Shown here piece by piece: positions 10,550 to 24,037 of a stretch of DNA of 59,051 nucleotides; the first letter of the stretch is position 1; every line of letters starts with the position of its first letter. The DNA is from Octopus bimaculoides. Taxonomy: Eukaryota. The position numbers and the translations under genes were made by a program. The notes beneath the pieces were generated by a model. It was not told the DNA's origin and did not search any database. It worked only from the letters and a program-made list of their open reading frames with translations. The stretch is from assembly GCF_001194135.2 (NCBI RefSeq), contig NC_068997.1, positions 39,951,317 to 40,010,367 on the forward strand, read 5' to 3'.

Positions 10550-10700
10550 TATATATAACACGGCTTCAACAGAGCTTGCACTAGATTCACTGACAAGGCA
10601 TTCGTCGGCTAAGGACTTCAGTGGAAGTCATACCCGAAGGTATCTCACAACGGGACCGAATATGGATGGTCGTGGCTGGAAGGCGAGCTTCTGATCTCCG
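10550..10700 (-). mobile_element. SINE family A, old 5' half
   Basis: Degenerate match (GGCTTCAACAG...AGATTCACTGACAAGGCATTCGTCGGC) to the reverse-complemented family A 5' half. Confidence 0.5.
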
Positions 10701-11104
10701 TATTTATGACTGCGTTCAACTCCTACATTTCTTACGATCTGCCCATTCTATCATATCTATATTTCATCACATCACCCACATCACTTCCACTCTAGTTCCT
10801 TCATCGTCTTCCTTTTCCTATCTCTTTCCACACACACATAAATACAATTTCCACATTACTGTTCGTTTTTCAGTCAGTTTTTTCACCCATGATTTATCTC
10901 CCTTCAAAACACTGAGATCATCAATGCATAAAATAATGATTTGCGTTTTCATCTCACACTTATTTTCGAAGAAGGCTGAAAAGGAAAGGCAAGATTTTCG
11001 TATCTTGGAGTATTTAAATTCCTCTACTTTTCTCTGTATACCTCCCTACTTTATTCCTATTCTACGCGTTCACTTTTATAATTTTTCTGTCATTTTTCTC
11101 TAAT

Positions 11105-11297
11105 TTGTTTCAGTCATTTGATTGCAGTATGGTGGGGCACCGTCTTGAAGGGTTTTAATTGAACAAATAGATCCCAGGACTAATTTTTTAAAGCTGAGTA
11201 CTTATTCTTTAAGTTCTTTTGTCGAACCGCTAAATTACGGAGACATTGACACGCCAACGCCTGTCGTCAAGTGGTGGAGGACAAACACAGATACAAT

Positions 11298-11344
<47 letters not shown>

Positions 11345-11498
11345 AACGGGTTTCTTTCAGTTTCTGTCTACCGAATCCACTAACAAGGCTTTGATCGACC
11401 CGAAGCTAGAGTAGAAAGCACTTGCCCAAGGTGTCAGGCAGAGAAACTGAACACGGAACCACGTGGCTGGGAAGCAAGCTTTGTGCCACACAGCCACC
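11105..11498 (-). mobile_element. SINE family A, full-length copy with internal (CA)n
   Basis: Tail TTGTTTCAGTCATTTG, GAACCGCTAAATTACGG, (CA) tract, TTTCAGTTTCTGTCTACC and head CCACACAGCCAC. Confidence 0.85.
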
Positions 11499-13198
11499 AT
11501 CAGATGCACAGCCTCCGCCACCACTCGTCACTTTCTTACTTCCATCAATTCTACTTCCCAACCATGCTGTTCTTTCTTCACTTCCGATTTTATGATACCT
11601 ACCCCACCATGCTATTCTCATCTTCCTTTTTTACTTTTTAATTGGTGCTGCAAATCCAAGTATTCCTGGGCATTCGCACGTATTCATACTAACACGAACA
11701 ATCATACAAAAGGTACTAACACACGGAAGAAGACTCATATATACATATGCGCGTACATACGTGCATACGTACAGACGCGCTCATATATATATATATTTAT
11801 ATGCATGCGTAAAATCATGCACACACACACACACACACATACACACATACCCCCCCCCCCCNNNNNNNNNNNNNNNNNNNNNNNNNNNNNNNNNNNNNNN
11901 NNNNNNNNNNCCCCACACACACATATATATATATATGCATGGATGCTTACGCATATATAGACATGCACATGTACACACACGTAAATATGCATAAATAATA
12001 AATATATGCGTGCATACGTGCATGCATACACACAAACACATATATATAAATACACATAGTTATATCCTGAATACATACATACATACACACTTCGATATAC
12101 ATACACACTTCGACATACATACATACATACATACATTCGTACGTACGTACAGATATACATATGCACCGGCGCCCTCACACATGTACAACCGAATATTAAA
12201 GACCAGACTTCCGTTCATATTCCTCAACTCGCAGGAAGAAAAAAAACACTCACAAGCAAGCGTATATCTTTAATTCTTTTAATTCTGTGCTACATTTGAA
12301 AATATTACTGTTTTCGGCCATGCTGGAGTATCAGTGCATTTAATTTTCCATTTGATTTGTTATTGTATTTCTGATATATATTTATATAATTACATTAATA
12401 CATTCTTTCACTCGGAGATTGACTCGTATGTTCGAAGCTTTCCCAGTTTTATATGCAAACTCTGTCAATCCCTCTAAGTCACACTATTCTCTCACAGATC
12501 AAGGAAGGGATACATATATAATCTGGCATGTGTACTCTAATCCTGAAAAAACAAACAAACAAAAATAAATAAAAAAGAAATGACATTTTTACATGTAAAA
12601 TAAATTCAACAAAATATGAATTTCAATCATGTAAATTACGAATTACTAATCCCAGAACGAAATGGGGAAAGACATTACAATATTCTATTTCTATCCATAT
12701 CTTCCCTTTCACAATTAATATTTTGTCGAAAAATTTCTTAAACTTCTGATTCATATTTAAAGAATGCAAGATTTGTTCAACGGATAGCATTAATTTACAT
12801 AAGTAACCGGAAGTTGGTTGGTGAAAGTTCAGAACACAGCTTTTCAGATAATTATCTTAGTTATTTAGGATACGTATTAGGTTTGTGAATCTAGCAGTAT
12901 ACTGTAAAAATTCATAACGAACATTTTATTTTGTGTTTCTTAATTCAAAAATGGCAAATTACCATTCCTTACCTTAGTAGCTTTAATTGTTTAAAAGTTA
13001 AAATAGAAATTAGAGGCATTGACAAGGAAATTACATTGCATTGACTAGTATTCATGTCATCACCTTTTAAAACGGTCAACATGGACAATATTGAGAGAAT
13101 ACGGAACGTATCTTTAGGCTTGTTTCAATTGAAAATTATGTTCAGTTGTATCACATTGTGAATGTTATTGTGTTGAAACAAACATTAAAAAGCATACA

Positions 13199-13231
<33 letters not shown>

Positions 13232-14689
13232 NNNNNNNNNNATATATAATTTATATATATGTATGTATTATGTATGTGTGTGTGTATGTGTGTGTGTATG
13301 CAACTATGTGTGTATATGACAGATGATTGGCGAAAAAACACTTAAAAGCTAAAGAATGTTTCTCTTTGTATCAAAGTAAAATAAAATTAAATTTCAACGA
13401 AAATGGAATTAGATAGAAGCGAAATAACATAGATTAGAAGACAAAGAGTATTGTGGAGAGAAGAAAACAAAGAATGTAGCCAAGTGATGTAGCCATTGTG
13501 AACAACAAAGAATGGAAACTGAGCAATGGTCGCTATCCACGGTAAACAAAGAAGAACGTAAATACAAGACCAATTTCATCCTTTGTAAACAAAGAAGATA
13601 CATGCAAGATATTTCCATCACAAGAACGTATCAACGAAATAAATTTATTCAAAATAGAAAATAAGAACATCTCTAAAGATGGCATACTGTATTGGGGTGG
13701 ACTGAACGCCAATAAAATATCATTTAAATGTACACAAACATTAACAAAGAGGTTGAGGAAAATGATATAATTATTTTCTTTATTTCTAAACAAATCTTTA
13801 TTAGACTTGAATGTCTTCAGGTCTTGTCTATACAACTTCATTACGCTTTGACTTCGTTGACCTCCAATGAAATATTCCTTAAAAACGCATTGATTCTAAT
13901 GAAATCTACTTCACCACTCCCACCTTCCTTTGTCTATTCCCGCCTCTCATTCTTTCTCAAAGATACTTGTTAGTTTAAAACTTCTATGACTAATGAAAGG
14001 CCAACGCTTCGAGGGACATCAAAAGGAAAGCAAGCTTTATAACATTGGAAATAACATGAATAACGTGTTTAAAAACATGCGTTGTTTTAATCTTTATAAC
14101 AATCAGTAGTCATCAAATTTAAGGTGAATGCTGTGTTTTGTAGTAAGTATTCGCATTATCGATTACTTGCGTCGTACACACACTCATGCATGCATCCACA
14201 TATAGTCTTTCCTTTATAGTTACGCAGAAATTGTCATACACTGAAGAACATAAAACAATATCAGAAGATATGGCTCCAATTCTGGCAACAAATAGTGTGT
14301 TTAGTTCTTAGAATATTTCTAACGCCATACTTCAATTATTTGACATTTCCGACATTTCTCAGTTTTTCAGAACATTCGATTTCCGCCCAATAAAACGCCA
14401 TTTTTGTTTCTTTTATACATTGTGTATTTCTATAAACGTAGTTTATCACCTGCTTTGAAGGTATAATACACAGTTAACCCCTTTGATCTCCTTGAATCGC
14501 GGACATGTTTTTCTCCATACAATTCCATTACATTTAATCTGTAGACCTTAATATAATGATTTGTCTGCAGTGTTCAATCCTTATTAACTTGCAATTCAAA
14601 GTACCGATCGAATATCAGTAAGTAGACGTGGAGAGCAACGAATATTTGATACTAAAGCGGAGTTGAAATAAAGTTTCATACATATTCAA

Positions 14690-14699
14690 CACACACACG

Positions 14700-14783
<84 letters not shown>

Positions 14784-14790
14784 AACAAAC
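14690..14790. repeat. Long (CA)n microsatellite
   Basis: About 90 bp of near-perfect CA repeat; one of many (CA), (TA) and (TACA) tracts in the window. Confidence 0.95.
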
Positions 14791-15519
14791 ACACGTGTGT
14801 GCGTGTTTGTGTGGGGTTATTGTTTGTCAAATAATTGTTGTCATACGTAAATCTAATTACTAACATTTTGCAGTAGATACCGTTGAAAAAATACTTTCTT
14901 CAAACTTTATTCCTTCGAACTTACATTTCATAATAGAGAGTGTATGATTAAAAAAAAAATTCTCTTGAGATTCTGACTCATCATAAAGTTGTATAAATAT
15001 TTTATGTAACATTTTTTTTTATTATTTATAATCATCTTCTCTCACTAAGTTTCATATGCCTGAGATTTGTGTCATTTTATTTGAATCAAACCTGCAATAA
15101 AAATATAAAGTAAGCTTACACACGCACACATACACACTAATGCATGAATTTTTATATTAAACACACTAGCGCGTATACACATATACGTAGTTTGTTTATA
15201 TGCTTCTGTTATGTGTAGTTTGGATCTCAGGCTCGGTATAAATTATGTCCCTGCCTCAAAGATAAATACGACATATGACCAAAGTGATAGAAGATTAATA
15301 GACTGAAAAATTACAGAATACTCTGATACGAGCCTAATCCTGACTATAATACTTATCTCTTCTACTATACAAATGTGAGATATAATCTTTTATTCTTAAA
15401 CTCTGAGAAATTTCTATTACCCTAACTTGTCTTTAAAAGTAAGTCTGTATAGTTACGGAGAGAAAACATTTGCCCAAATACTCACGCTTCTCAACTGAAA
15501 TTCAATAACACATACTTCC

Positions 15520-15860
15520 TGTTACTCAGATTAAATGACTCTATGACACATTCTCATTTTCTCTCATTGCTTCTCGTGCAATAAACTCTCGTCCTCCCAG
15601 TACAAAATTCCTCTCAAGTCATCCTCATCCTCAATGATGAGAGTGCACACAGCTCTTGGTTTTTGAACCCCTACCACATTAAACTGCCTGATTAGAGTCC
15701 GAAGTGCTTGTAATTCTAAGCTCTGACTCTTTTCACCTCAAATGCTTGAAACTAGAACATGTCAAGGATTGTCTCAGTAAATAGTGAAGATCACATTCAG
15801 TCACTCCTCAATATGCTTCCATTTAATTAGTGCTCATCTGAAATTTTGTCTGTATTCTCT
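15520..15860 (-). mobile_element. Possible decayed LINE 3' fragment
   Basis: Weak minus-strand similarity to an RTE 3' end (QFNVVGVQKPR...EDDLRG); many stops. Confidence 0.25.
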
Positions 15861-16584
15861 TATGCCTTTTGAGAATAAAGCTCGCCATATTAATTATTAC
15901 AGTCTGCACTTAACTATATGTTATTCATGCAGAAGGCACCTATGGGAAACTTTCCAATGAATACACACACATCCGCGCGCACACACACACAGACATACAG
16001 ACACACACACATACACACATATACACGCGCATGCAGACACACGCACACAGGTACATACACACACATATTTATATAAAACCGAACCATGCCAAATTATCAT
16101 CACGTCCACTATTTAGACTACCTGATCATTGCCTATTAAGCATCTCCGTTTATACATTTGTGCTACAAAACAAACCTGACCGTCAAACTTTCAGCCACTG
16201 TTCGACTGACAGCACCAGACATGCCTTTTCTTTTACTGATTTGTCCGGATGTAGCAAAGCGGCGAACGTTTAAGAAGTGTGCTCGAGAATCGCGAAGTCT
16301 CAGATCCGATCCCATTGCATGACATTTGTTATCTTAACTTCGAGTGAACCAAGCCTTGGCACTGAAATTGGGTTGAGGAAACTTTCTATAATCTAGTTGG
16401 GGGGATTGTGCCTGCAATGTAAATGTCATCTGTTGTCACGCGGATTCTGCTTGAAAAATATATTCAGAGAAAACGCGTCTGTAGAATATTCAACCACATG
16501 CACAGAAATTTGAAGTGCAGCTCATTCTTGTGATCAAACCTCTGACTACTCATCGTAAAAACTGACATAGTGTAAAAGAAAATG

Positions 16585-16810
16585 GTGGAGGCGCGTGTCA
16601 TTGAGGTCAGGGTGTTGGACTCATGATCATAAGATTGCGGTTACAAATCTTGGATCGAACGATGCTTTGAGCTCTTGAGCAAAATACTTCATTTCACGTT
16701 GTTCCAAACCACTCACTTGACAAGGAAAGGGTATTTCTTCGACGGACAGGCGTCCTGTCTCGTTGCAATTATATACAGAAGAGAAACCAGGGAACCGGCT
16801 CCGAAAGTAT
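16585..16810 (+). mobile_element. Diverged tRNA-derived SINE (family C-like head)
   Basis: GGAGGCGCGTGTCATTGAGGTCAGGGTGTTGGACTCATGATC...CTTGAGCAAAATACTTCATTTCACGTTGTTCCA is similar to 22184-22300 and 41315-41440. Confidence 0.55.
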
Positions 16811-17040
16811 CTTTATTCTTTTAGCAGAAAACAAGTTTCCGAGACTTCTAAGTCAATAACTGATACCACCCTTCAAAATTTTTCCTAAAACAACAGGGTG
16901 AAGTCATGTCCCAACCCCATTTCAGATGTATTTACCCAGTTCCATAAGTATGTTAGGTAATTAGTCAGCAAAAAAAAAATGAAGGAAGCCTTATTTCATC
17001 GGATTGCATCGCTAGTGAGTACTAAATCTTTTATCTTTCA

Positions 17041-17419
17041 TCTTTTACTTGTCTCAGTCAGTAGACTGAATTGAAACTGGGGCACGCGTTGTAAGGTTTA
17101 ATCGGAGAAATCTAATTCATACTTATTTTTCAAGTCTGGTATCGCGAATACTGTGGCCGAATTGCAGTCACAGGGGCATAAACAAACACTGAATGCAAAG
17201 CGGCAGCGGAGAACACACGCATACACGCACACACATACGCACATACACACATATACACATGGACATGTACATTGTGAGATTCTACACAGTTTCCGTTTAC
17301 GAAATTCACTCACATATCATTGGTTGGCCCGGGATTATAGCAGAGGACACTTGTCTAAAGTGCTGCACAATAGGATTGAAGTCTAAACTAATGAGATGCA
17401 AAGCCATACAGCCATACCT
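17041..17419 (-). mobile_element. SINE family A, old full-length copy
   Basis: TTTTACTTGTCTCAGTCA tail, internal CA-rich tract, CAGTTTCCGTTTACGAAATTCACTCAC, GACACTTGTCTAAAGTG and CATACAGCCATACC head. Confidence 0.65.
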
Positions 17420-19110
17420 TAAGCAGATACAGAATACAGATACAAACGTTTTCATAATGCTTCCTAAATGCGCACATTATATATAATTTATGCTGAACTA
17501 CCTTCTAAGCTCCACTTTTCTTGCCATCCTCACACACACAACTATGAAAAATTCAAACGCTTTCGATCATTCCGTTGCTTCTGGTTACCTAAATAATGAT
17601 CCACATATTTTTGCATATTCTGTAACTTAATCTTGCCAGGAGACATTCTCATGCAATCTGGAGACGTCACACCAAGCATACACTCACTCTATCGTCAAAT
17701 AGAGAAATAAGGACCCGAAATTCTATTAAATCACGCTCTTTCGCTTGAGAAATGGACAGACACATTGAAAAATATACTTCTCTATATTCCTTATATTTTC
17801 GGCATTTGTATTCAACGAAAACATGTTCGTTCTATTCATTTTTCTCGTGAGAATTGTTGTGGCAAACACCCTTGCCATAACATTACAAAAATGTACTAAC
17901 AACATTGTATATGTATATGGCATATCGATATATCATATATATATGATATATTATATATATATGGTATATCTGTATATTATATATATGGTATATTGGTATA
18001 TCAGCAACAACAGTTAGTTGGAAAATACCGTATGGTGCACAGGAAATCGACTGCGTGGTGGACAAGAAAACGGTCAGGTTGTTCGAGGGGAAGTAGGAAG
18101 GGGAGCTATGTGGAAGTATATAGTTGTATATGTGGGTATGTGGACGCGCACATATGGTTTAGTGTGCGTGTCTGTATTGATGTGAGCGTGCACATCCTTA
18201 CATGGGCGCGCACGCGCAAGCGCATACATACACAAATGAACGGACGTGCGCGCGTGCACACACACATACACGCGCATACAAACACATGCATACACATGCA
18301 CACACATACACTTGCGTATTCCTTTATATGTACATATGTATATATGCATGCGTGTGCGCATAACATATCTGTGCGCGCGTGCACATGCATACACGCGTAC
18401 GCACATGCATGAGTATACATGCGCATAACAAACGCTGGGGATTGGTAAGCGTTGAGGATTGGCAATTGACAGTCCTGCTCATGGGGTTGGTTGGTGACGG
18501 TGACCTTGGTGCAGACAGTGCAAAATAGCAGCTGGTACAGAGGCTTGAAATTTTCCAGTAGGGCATGCCTCCCAACTAGCTCTTGTTGCTGATATACCGA
18601 CATACCAACATCAAACCACGATGCCACGTAACCGTCCTTGATTAATCGCAGCCCACCTGACGGTAATAACAATCAGCTTTTTTCATTCAAATTCAAAATG
18701 GCTGAAGACTAGCATCATGCTTGAAACTCGGAGTACCAAAGAATTTGAATAAAACTGATTTGATCCACACACTTATGTGTGTATGCGTTTTTTTTTTCTT
18801 GCTGAGCTATTGTTCCTATGTAGCTTCATGTTATACTATCCAATTATCTCTTTTCTCGTTTACCTCTTAGATTCTAACATTCTTCTTCATAACTTAGTTG
18901 TTCTACTCCTTACAGAATCAAGTATTCTCTTTGAGTTTTCTCCATTCCTCACTCTCACATGGAATATATAGTAGACTGAACGTTATATTCTACATTTTTA
19001 CGGGAAATAATGTTCACAATCTTCTGGAGTTTTTGTTATATTTACCAAGTAGGTCTCCAATTATTATGAAAGATATATCTATGAAACCAGTATTACATAA
19101 TACTATTAGT

Positions 19111-19320
19111 TTCAAATTTTGTCACAAGGCCAACAAGTTCGGGCGAGGGGATAAATCGATTGCATCGCCCCCAGTGCTCAAGAGGTACTTATTTTATCGC
19201 CCCCAAAATTATGAAAGGCAGAATCGACTTCGGCGTTATTTGTACTCAGAACGTAAAGACGGACGACACACCGTTCAGTATTTTGTCCGGCGTGCTAACG
19301 ATTCTTCCAGCTCACCGCCT
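19111..19320 (-). mobile_element. SINE family B (tRNA-derived)
   Basis: Reverse complement of AGGCGGTGAGCTGGAAGAATCGTTAGCACG...GTTCTGAGTACAAAT...GTCGATTCTGCCTTTCAT...ACTGGGGGCGAT...GCCTTGTG. Confidence 0.85.
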
Positions 19321-19533
19321 CCGTCTTACATAATAATATGGCAAGTAAATATCTTACTTCATTAAAAGTTTTAAATTCAAATATTAGTACTCATAATTCT
19401 TATTTCCTAATAGTTCATTAGTACTAAATATGCTGGTAGTTGTAATTTCGATGATAATGGAGATGAACATAACTAATTAATTATGGAATGCTTTCATTAG
19501 CGAATGATTTCTTTCTTATTAAATACTTCATTA

Positions 19534-19748
19534 AGGTGTCGTGCTGGCAGAATCGTTAGCAAGTCGGACAAAGTGCTTTGTAGCATTTCGCCGATCATTA
19601 CGTACTGAGTTCCAATTCCGTCCAGGTCGACTTCGCATTTTATCCTTTCAAGGTCGATGGAATAAATACCAGTGGAACACTGAAGACGATGTAATCAGCT
19701 ACATCCGCCCCTCGCTCAAATTTCGGACCTTGATCCTATTGTAGAAAC
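19534..19748 (+). mobile_element. SINE family B
   Basis: AGGTGTCGTGCTGGCAGAATCGTTAGC...CTGAGTTCCAATTCCG...GGTCGACTTCGCATTTTATCCTTTC. Confidence 0.85.
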
Positions 19749-20356
19749 GATAATAAATACTTCTTCAAATCTAAAATATATGCTTATTCTATATATTTGA
19801 CCATTACACTTTGAGCAATGTATTTTGTGAATGCTTCTAATTTGCTTGCATGCCAATATGATAGTGAATCCTTGAAGTGTTATACCGGTGAAAGATTGAA
19901 GCAAATGAACTTCGTGGGACTATTGCAATGATATATATAAGCATGATTGTGTTTCAACATTTGTAAACATTCTGATTGTTATACTAGAATAATTTATAAT
20001 TTTAATCGTTTATTTATATCCTTGATTTGCTCTTAAATTAAATATATAGTCATTATTTTTTATGGCATAAAACTACTTTGTTTTAATATCCAATGATTTG
20101 CTGTTTTCCGTATAAATTATATTAAAATTTAATTTAAAATACTTTCATAGATATAATGTGGACATAAACAATCGCCACTTCAATACTGAAAATTAAATTT
20201 AAAGAAGTTAATTGCATTCAATAAGGGAAGAAAGAACAGAAAGTGTCCATAATGAAAGTATATAATAATTGATTTGGCACGCTAACGTTTAATATCCCCA
20301 ACAATTTTAAGGGCTACCGATATTCTATTAGCAAATTCATAATCTTATGTAGAACC

Positions 20357-20426
20357 AATGGTTAAAATCCTAGCATTTCACTGATCTTGTTTGTAAATCA
20401 GTGAAAGGCTAGGATTTTCAGCCATT
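20357..20426. ncRNA. Pre-miRNA-like hairpin (candidate)
   Basis: Arms 20357-20385 and 20397-20426 form 28 pairs (one G:U) with one mismatch and one bulge; 11-nt loop CTTGTTTGTAA. Confidence 0.35.
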
Positions 20427-20589
20427 TGTAGATAGTTGTGATTGTGACCACGCACTCAGGGTTGCTCAAAGATAATGCAGGGAAGCTTTTTGCTGGCTCT
20501 TCACCAAAAGCAAGACGTGTTATAAATATTTAGTTTATGTATTGATGGAGAGGTCAAATTATTTCTTTAAAAGCTCGGGTATGAACATG

Positions 20590-21250
20590 AATATTACAGT
20601 AAATGTCGTGGCTTTGTGTTTACTACGGCCTAGTATGGGGAGCAAATCCTCGAAACAAAACCAGGACTAAATGGTTAGTACTGGGAGGTGTCGGGTGTGG
20701 AATCCTTCCAGCTGTAGAGATATGCGCCCGGTGAATGAGTGAGTAAATGACGTAGCTTTAATAACAAGTTTCCCACATTCATTTCCAACAATGTTTTCTC
20801 TTCTCTTAAACTCCCACGCATCACTTCACTAAGAATACCCAATTTCTCTACTTCAAAACGACCGCTTCCCTGTTCTACTTCTTCAAATACCACCTAGAAT
20901 TCGTATCTAGCTCTAACATATCTGTGATTAGCTAAACTGATCGTCTCTGTAAACAGCTTTCATTTTCCATAAATTCCGTTTAATGTTGCTGATATACATA
21001 TGGGAATCAAGATGGACCCCCAACAGCGCAAACGTATGAGGTCCTGCACTGTTAATTAAATCCTTAAGGACTTTACTAACGAAGAACTCATTTATTTTTC
21101 TTACTGCTACAAGTTACTGCCAACGAGTACTGAAATTCACCTCACTCATCTCCCCTTTTCTATCATATTTCGACGATCTGTAGCAGAGATGTCAAAGACT
21201 ATGAAAGAAGGAAGAGCTATCAACACTACCCATGTCATCTAAATATGGAT
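20590..21250 (-). mobile_element. Decayed RTE-like LINE ORF2 fragment (endonuclease-RT linker)
   Basis: Stop-ridden translation NSAGPHTFALLGVHLDSHMYISNIKRNLWKMK..., GC-richer than the flanks; weak recalled similarity. Confidence 0.35.
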
Positions 21251-22122
21251 AGAAATTCGTAGATTGCTGTGCTTATCTCCATCACACTTTTGATTATTTC
21301 TCTTCAAATATGCTAACCATTTTTATGTAATAAGAGAAATAACAGTCAAATCTGACCCAACTAAAACACAGCTGTAAATTGACAGAATACGTTTGATAAT
21401 AAAACTGTATGTTTTAGACGAGCAAAACACAAGATGATCGAGACTGGAATGCTTTTTACCATAAATCATGCTGATAAAGAAAAATCTGGAGCTAAAGAGC
21501 ACTATTTCTTCGAATCTATCGGCAGCAAGGACTTATTATTTATACTCATCTTGTAATATTTTCCCTTTCAACTTAAATGCTCTGCTTAATCCCTTAGCTT
21601 AAATCCTCTCCTAAACCTCTTCCATTACAATATTTTCCTCACATCTGATTTCTCCATTTCAACTCAGAAATTTTCTCCTCTCTCTTTTCCTCCGAATGAT
21701 CCCACATTTACGGATTTGCTTGATCGGGAGCTCCATTGTTTCCTTGCCATAAACGCTTTACTTCTCCAGTTATTTTCAACATCATATTTTCATAACTGAT
21801 ATTTGAACCCAATTTCACGTTCTCGGTTTCTCTGACTAGATCTCGATCAACTTCTTTTAGTGCACGATATCATTCTATTATTGCATAATATGTCTGAAGT
21901 ATTATATATAGAAAAAGTGGTCACTGTTTTGGTGACTACTTTTGTGAATAATATTTCGATATGGGACCAGTGCCAGCATTTTCCGCATATTATGAAATGT
22001 TTTAACTAAGGAAGTTCTTACGTAATTGATGCATTTCCTTTTATATAGTAAGTAGACCCGGAACGTACTTACTAAATGATTTCAAAAAATCGGTGTTACG
22101 ATTGATTTTATTATTACAACTG

Positions 22123-22179
<57 letters not shown>

Positions 22180-22183
22180 TAAT

Positions 22184-22405
22184 GAAGGTGTGTGACTTAG
22201 TGGTTAGGGCATTCGGATCACGATCGTGAAATCGTGAGTTCAATTCCCGGCGAAGTGTTGTGTCCTTCAGCAAGGCACTTTATTTCACGTTGCTCCAGGC
22301 CTCTCAGCTGGCAAAAAAATGAGTAGTACCTGTATTTCAAAGGGCCAGCCTTGTCAAACTCTGTGTCATGCTGAATTTCCCCGAGTACTACGTTAAGGGT
22401 ACACA
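22184..22405 (+). mobile_element. SINE family C (tRNA-Arg-like head), truncated by gap
   Basis: GTGACTTAGTGGTTAGGGC (A box), GAGTTCAATTCC (B box), GTGTCCTTCAGCAAGGCACTT. The body TTCAAAGGGCCAGCCTTGTC...CTACGTTAAGGGTACAC is shared with 46575-46958. Confidence 0.85.
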
Positions 22406-22977
22406 NNNNNNNNNNNNNNNNNNNNNNNNNNNNNNNNNNNNNNNNNNNNNNNNNNNNNNNNNNNNNNNNNNNNNNNNNNNNNNNNNNNNNNNNNNNNNNN
22501 NNNNNNNNNNNNNNNNNNNNNNNNNNNNNNNNNNNNNNNNNNNNNNNNNNNNNNNNNNNNNNNNNNNNNNNNNNNNNNNNNNNNNNNNNNNNNNNNNNNN
22601 NNNNNNNNNNNNNNNNNNNNNNNNNNNNNNNNNNNNNNNNNNNNNNNNNNNNNNNNNNNNNNNNNNNNNNNNNNNNNNNNNNNNNNNNNNNNNNNNNNNN
22701 NNNNNNNNNNNNNNNNNNNNNNNNNNNNNNNNNNNNNNNNNNNNNNNATATACGCACACATATGCATGCATATTCAAATATATAGTAGAATAAGAAATAG
22801 AAAATCCTTTGTACAGGATTATATATTTGAAAAAAAAAATTAATAGAAATGGCTTTTTTTATAATTTTTCCACTTTAATAATTCGAAGTTTATAAGTTTG
22901 CAAAAAGGTGACACTGATATGAGTTTCTCGCTTAAAAGCGCACATATTCATATATACACACATACATACATACATAC

Positions 22978-23014
<37 letters not shown>

Positions 23015-23425
23015 CTCATATATTTTTTCATTCTTTCCTTCTTTCTATCAGCCCTTTCACACTTCGTTCATTCCACTCTTCGTTCTTTCGTTCCCCTCAC
23101 ATTTACTGGCCTTCTCTTGATGCTCACATTCCCTCCTCTTTCATTTTTTTCTCGCCCCTCCTTAATTCTTCTATCCATCTGCCTCTACCTCTCTCTCTCT
23201 CTCCTCTCCCCACGTTACCGGTGTTCGGCCAGGTCTGACCTGTCTTTCTTAGTTCGACTACCATCCGTACAACATCTATATTCCTCTCTGTGCTTGTTAA
23301 ATCCTACGTCCCCGCCGTAAGGCTTTACTTCCACACACGCCAGTTTAATTTTATTCGTACTTAGTCGAAAGACACCTGTTGTTACGTCCTGTTAATTGCA
23401 TTTGTATTTGTGTAACGTTTCTCTG

Positions 23426-23700
23426 TTTTTTTCCCGTCCTTGTTTTCGTATTCATTCGCTGCTTTCTTCCAAGGAATCTAATGTTCTTAGCTTATTTTTT
23501 ATTTGGGGCTGGCCAGACTGGAGCAATCTCGAGTATAACCAGCCAAAATTGCAACGATAACATGGAACTCGACTGAGGATAGAAAAACTCCGAATGACGT
23601 GCCCTTGTTTTCCTTGTATCGTATGTCTGGATATTTTGTTGACCCTTTTTTGTATCACCTAAGTTCTGGATGTTTTGTGTTCTTGTTCTATTTTTGTATC
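23426..23700. repeat. Unclassified dispersed repeat, copy 1
   Basis: Closely matches 43886-44125 (TTTTCCCGTCCTTG...CCAAGGAATCTAATG...GGAGCAATCTC...GGAACTCGACTGA). Confidence 0.85.
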
Positions 23701-23984
23701 TTGTATANNNNNNNNNNNNNNNNNNNNNNNNNNNNNNNNNNNNNNNNNNNNNNNNNNNNNNNNNNNNNNNNNNNNNNNNNNNNNNNNNNNNNNNNNNNNN
23801 NNNNNNNNNNNNNNNNNNNNNNNNNNNNNNNNNNNNNNNNNNNNNNNNNNNNNNNNNNNNNNNNNNNNNNNNNNNNNNNNNNNNNNNNNNNNNNNNNNNN
23901 NNNNNNNNNNNNNNNNNNNNNNNNNNNNNNNNNNNNNNNNNNNNNNNNNNNNNNNNNNNNNNNNNNNNNNNNNNNNNNNNNNNN

Positions 23985-24037
<53 letters not shown>

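Noticed and set aside
13409-13973. Overlapping 70-100-aa ORFs with a hydrophobic look
   Set aside because: No recognisable domain and no convincing splice sites; the composition reflects AT-rich sequence.
23355-23390. GAAAGACACCTGT as a hammerhead stem III
   Set aside because: No upstream CTGANGA core, and the palindrome is imperfect.
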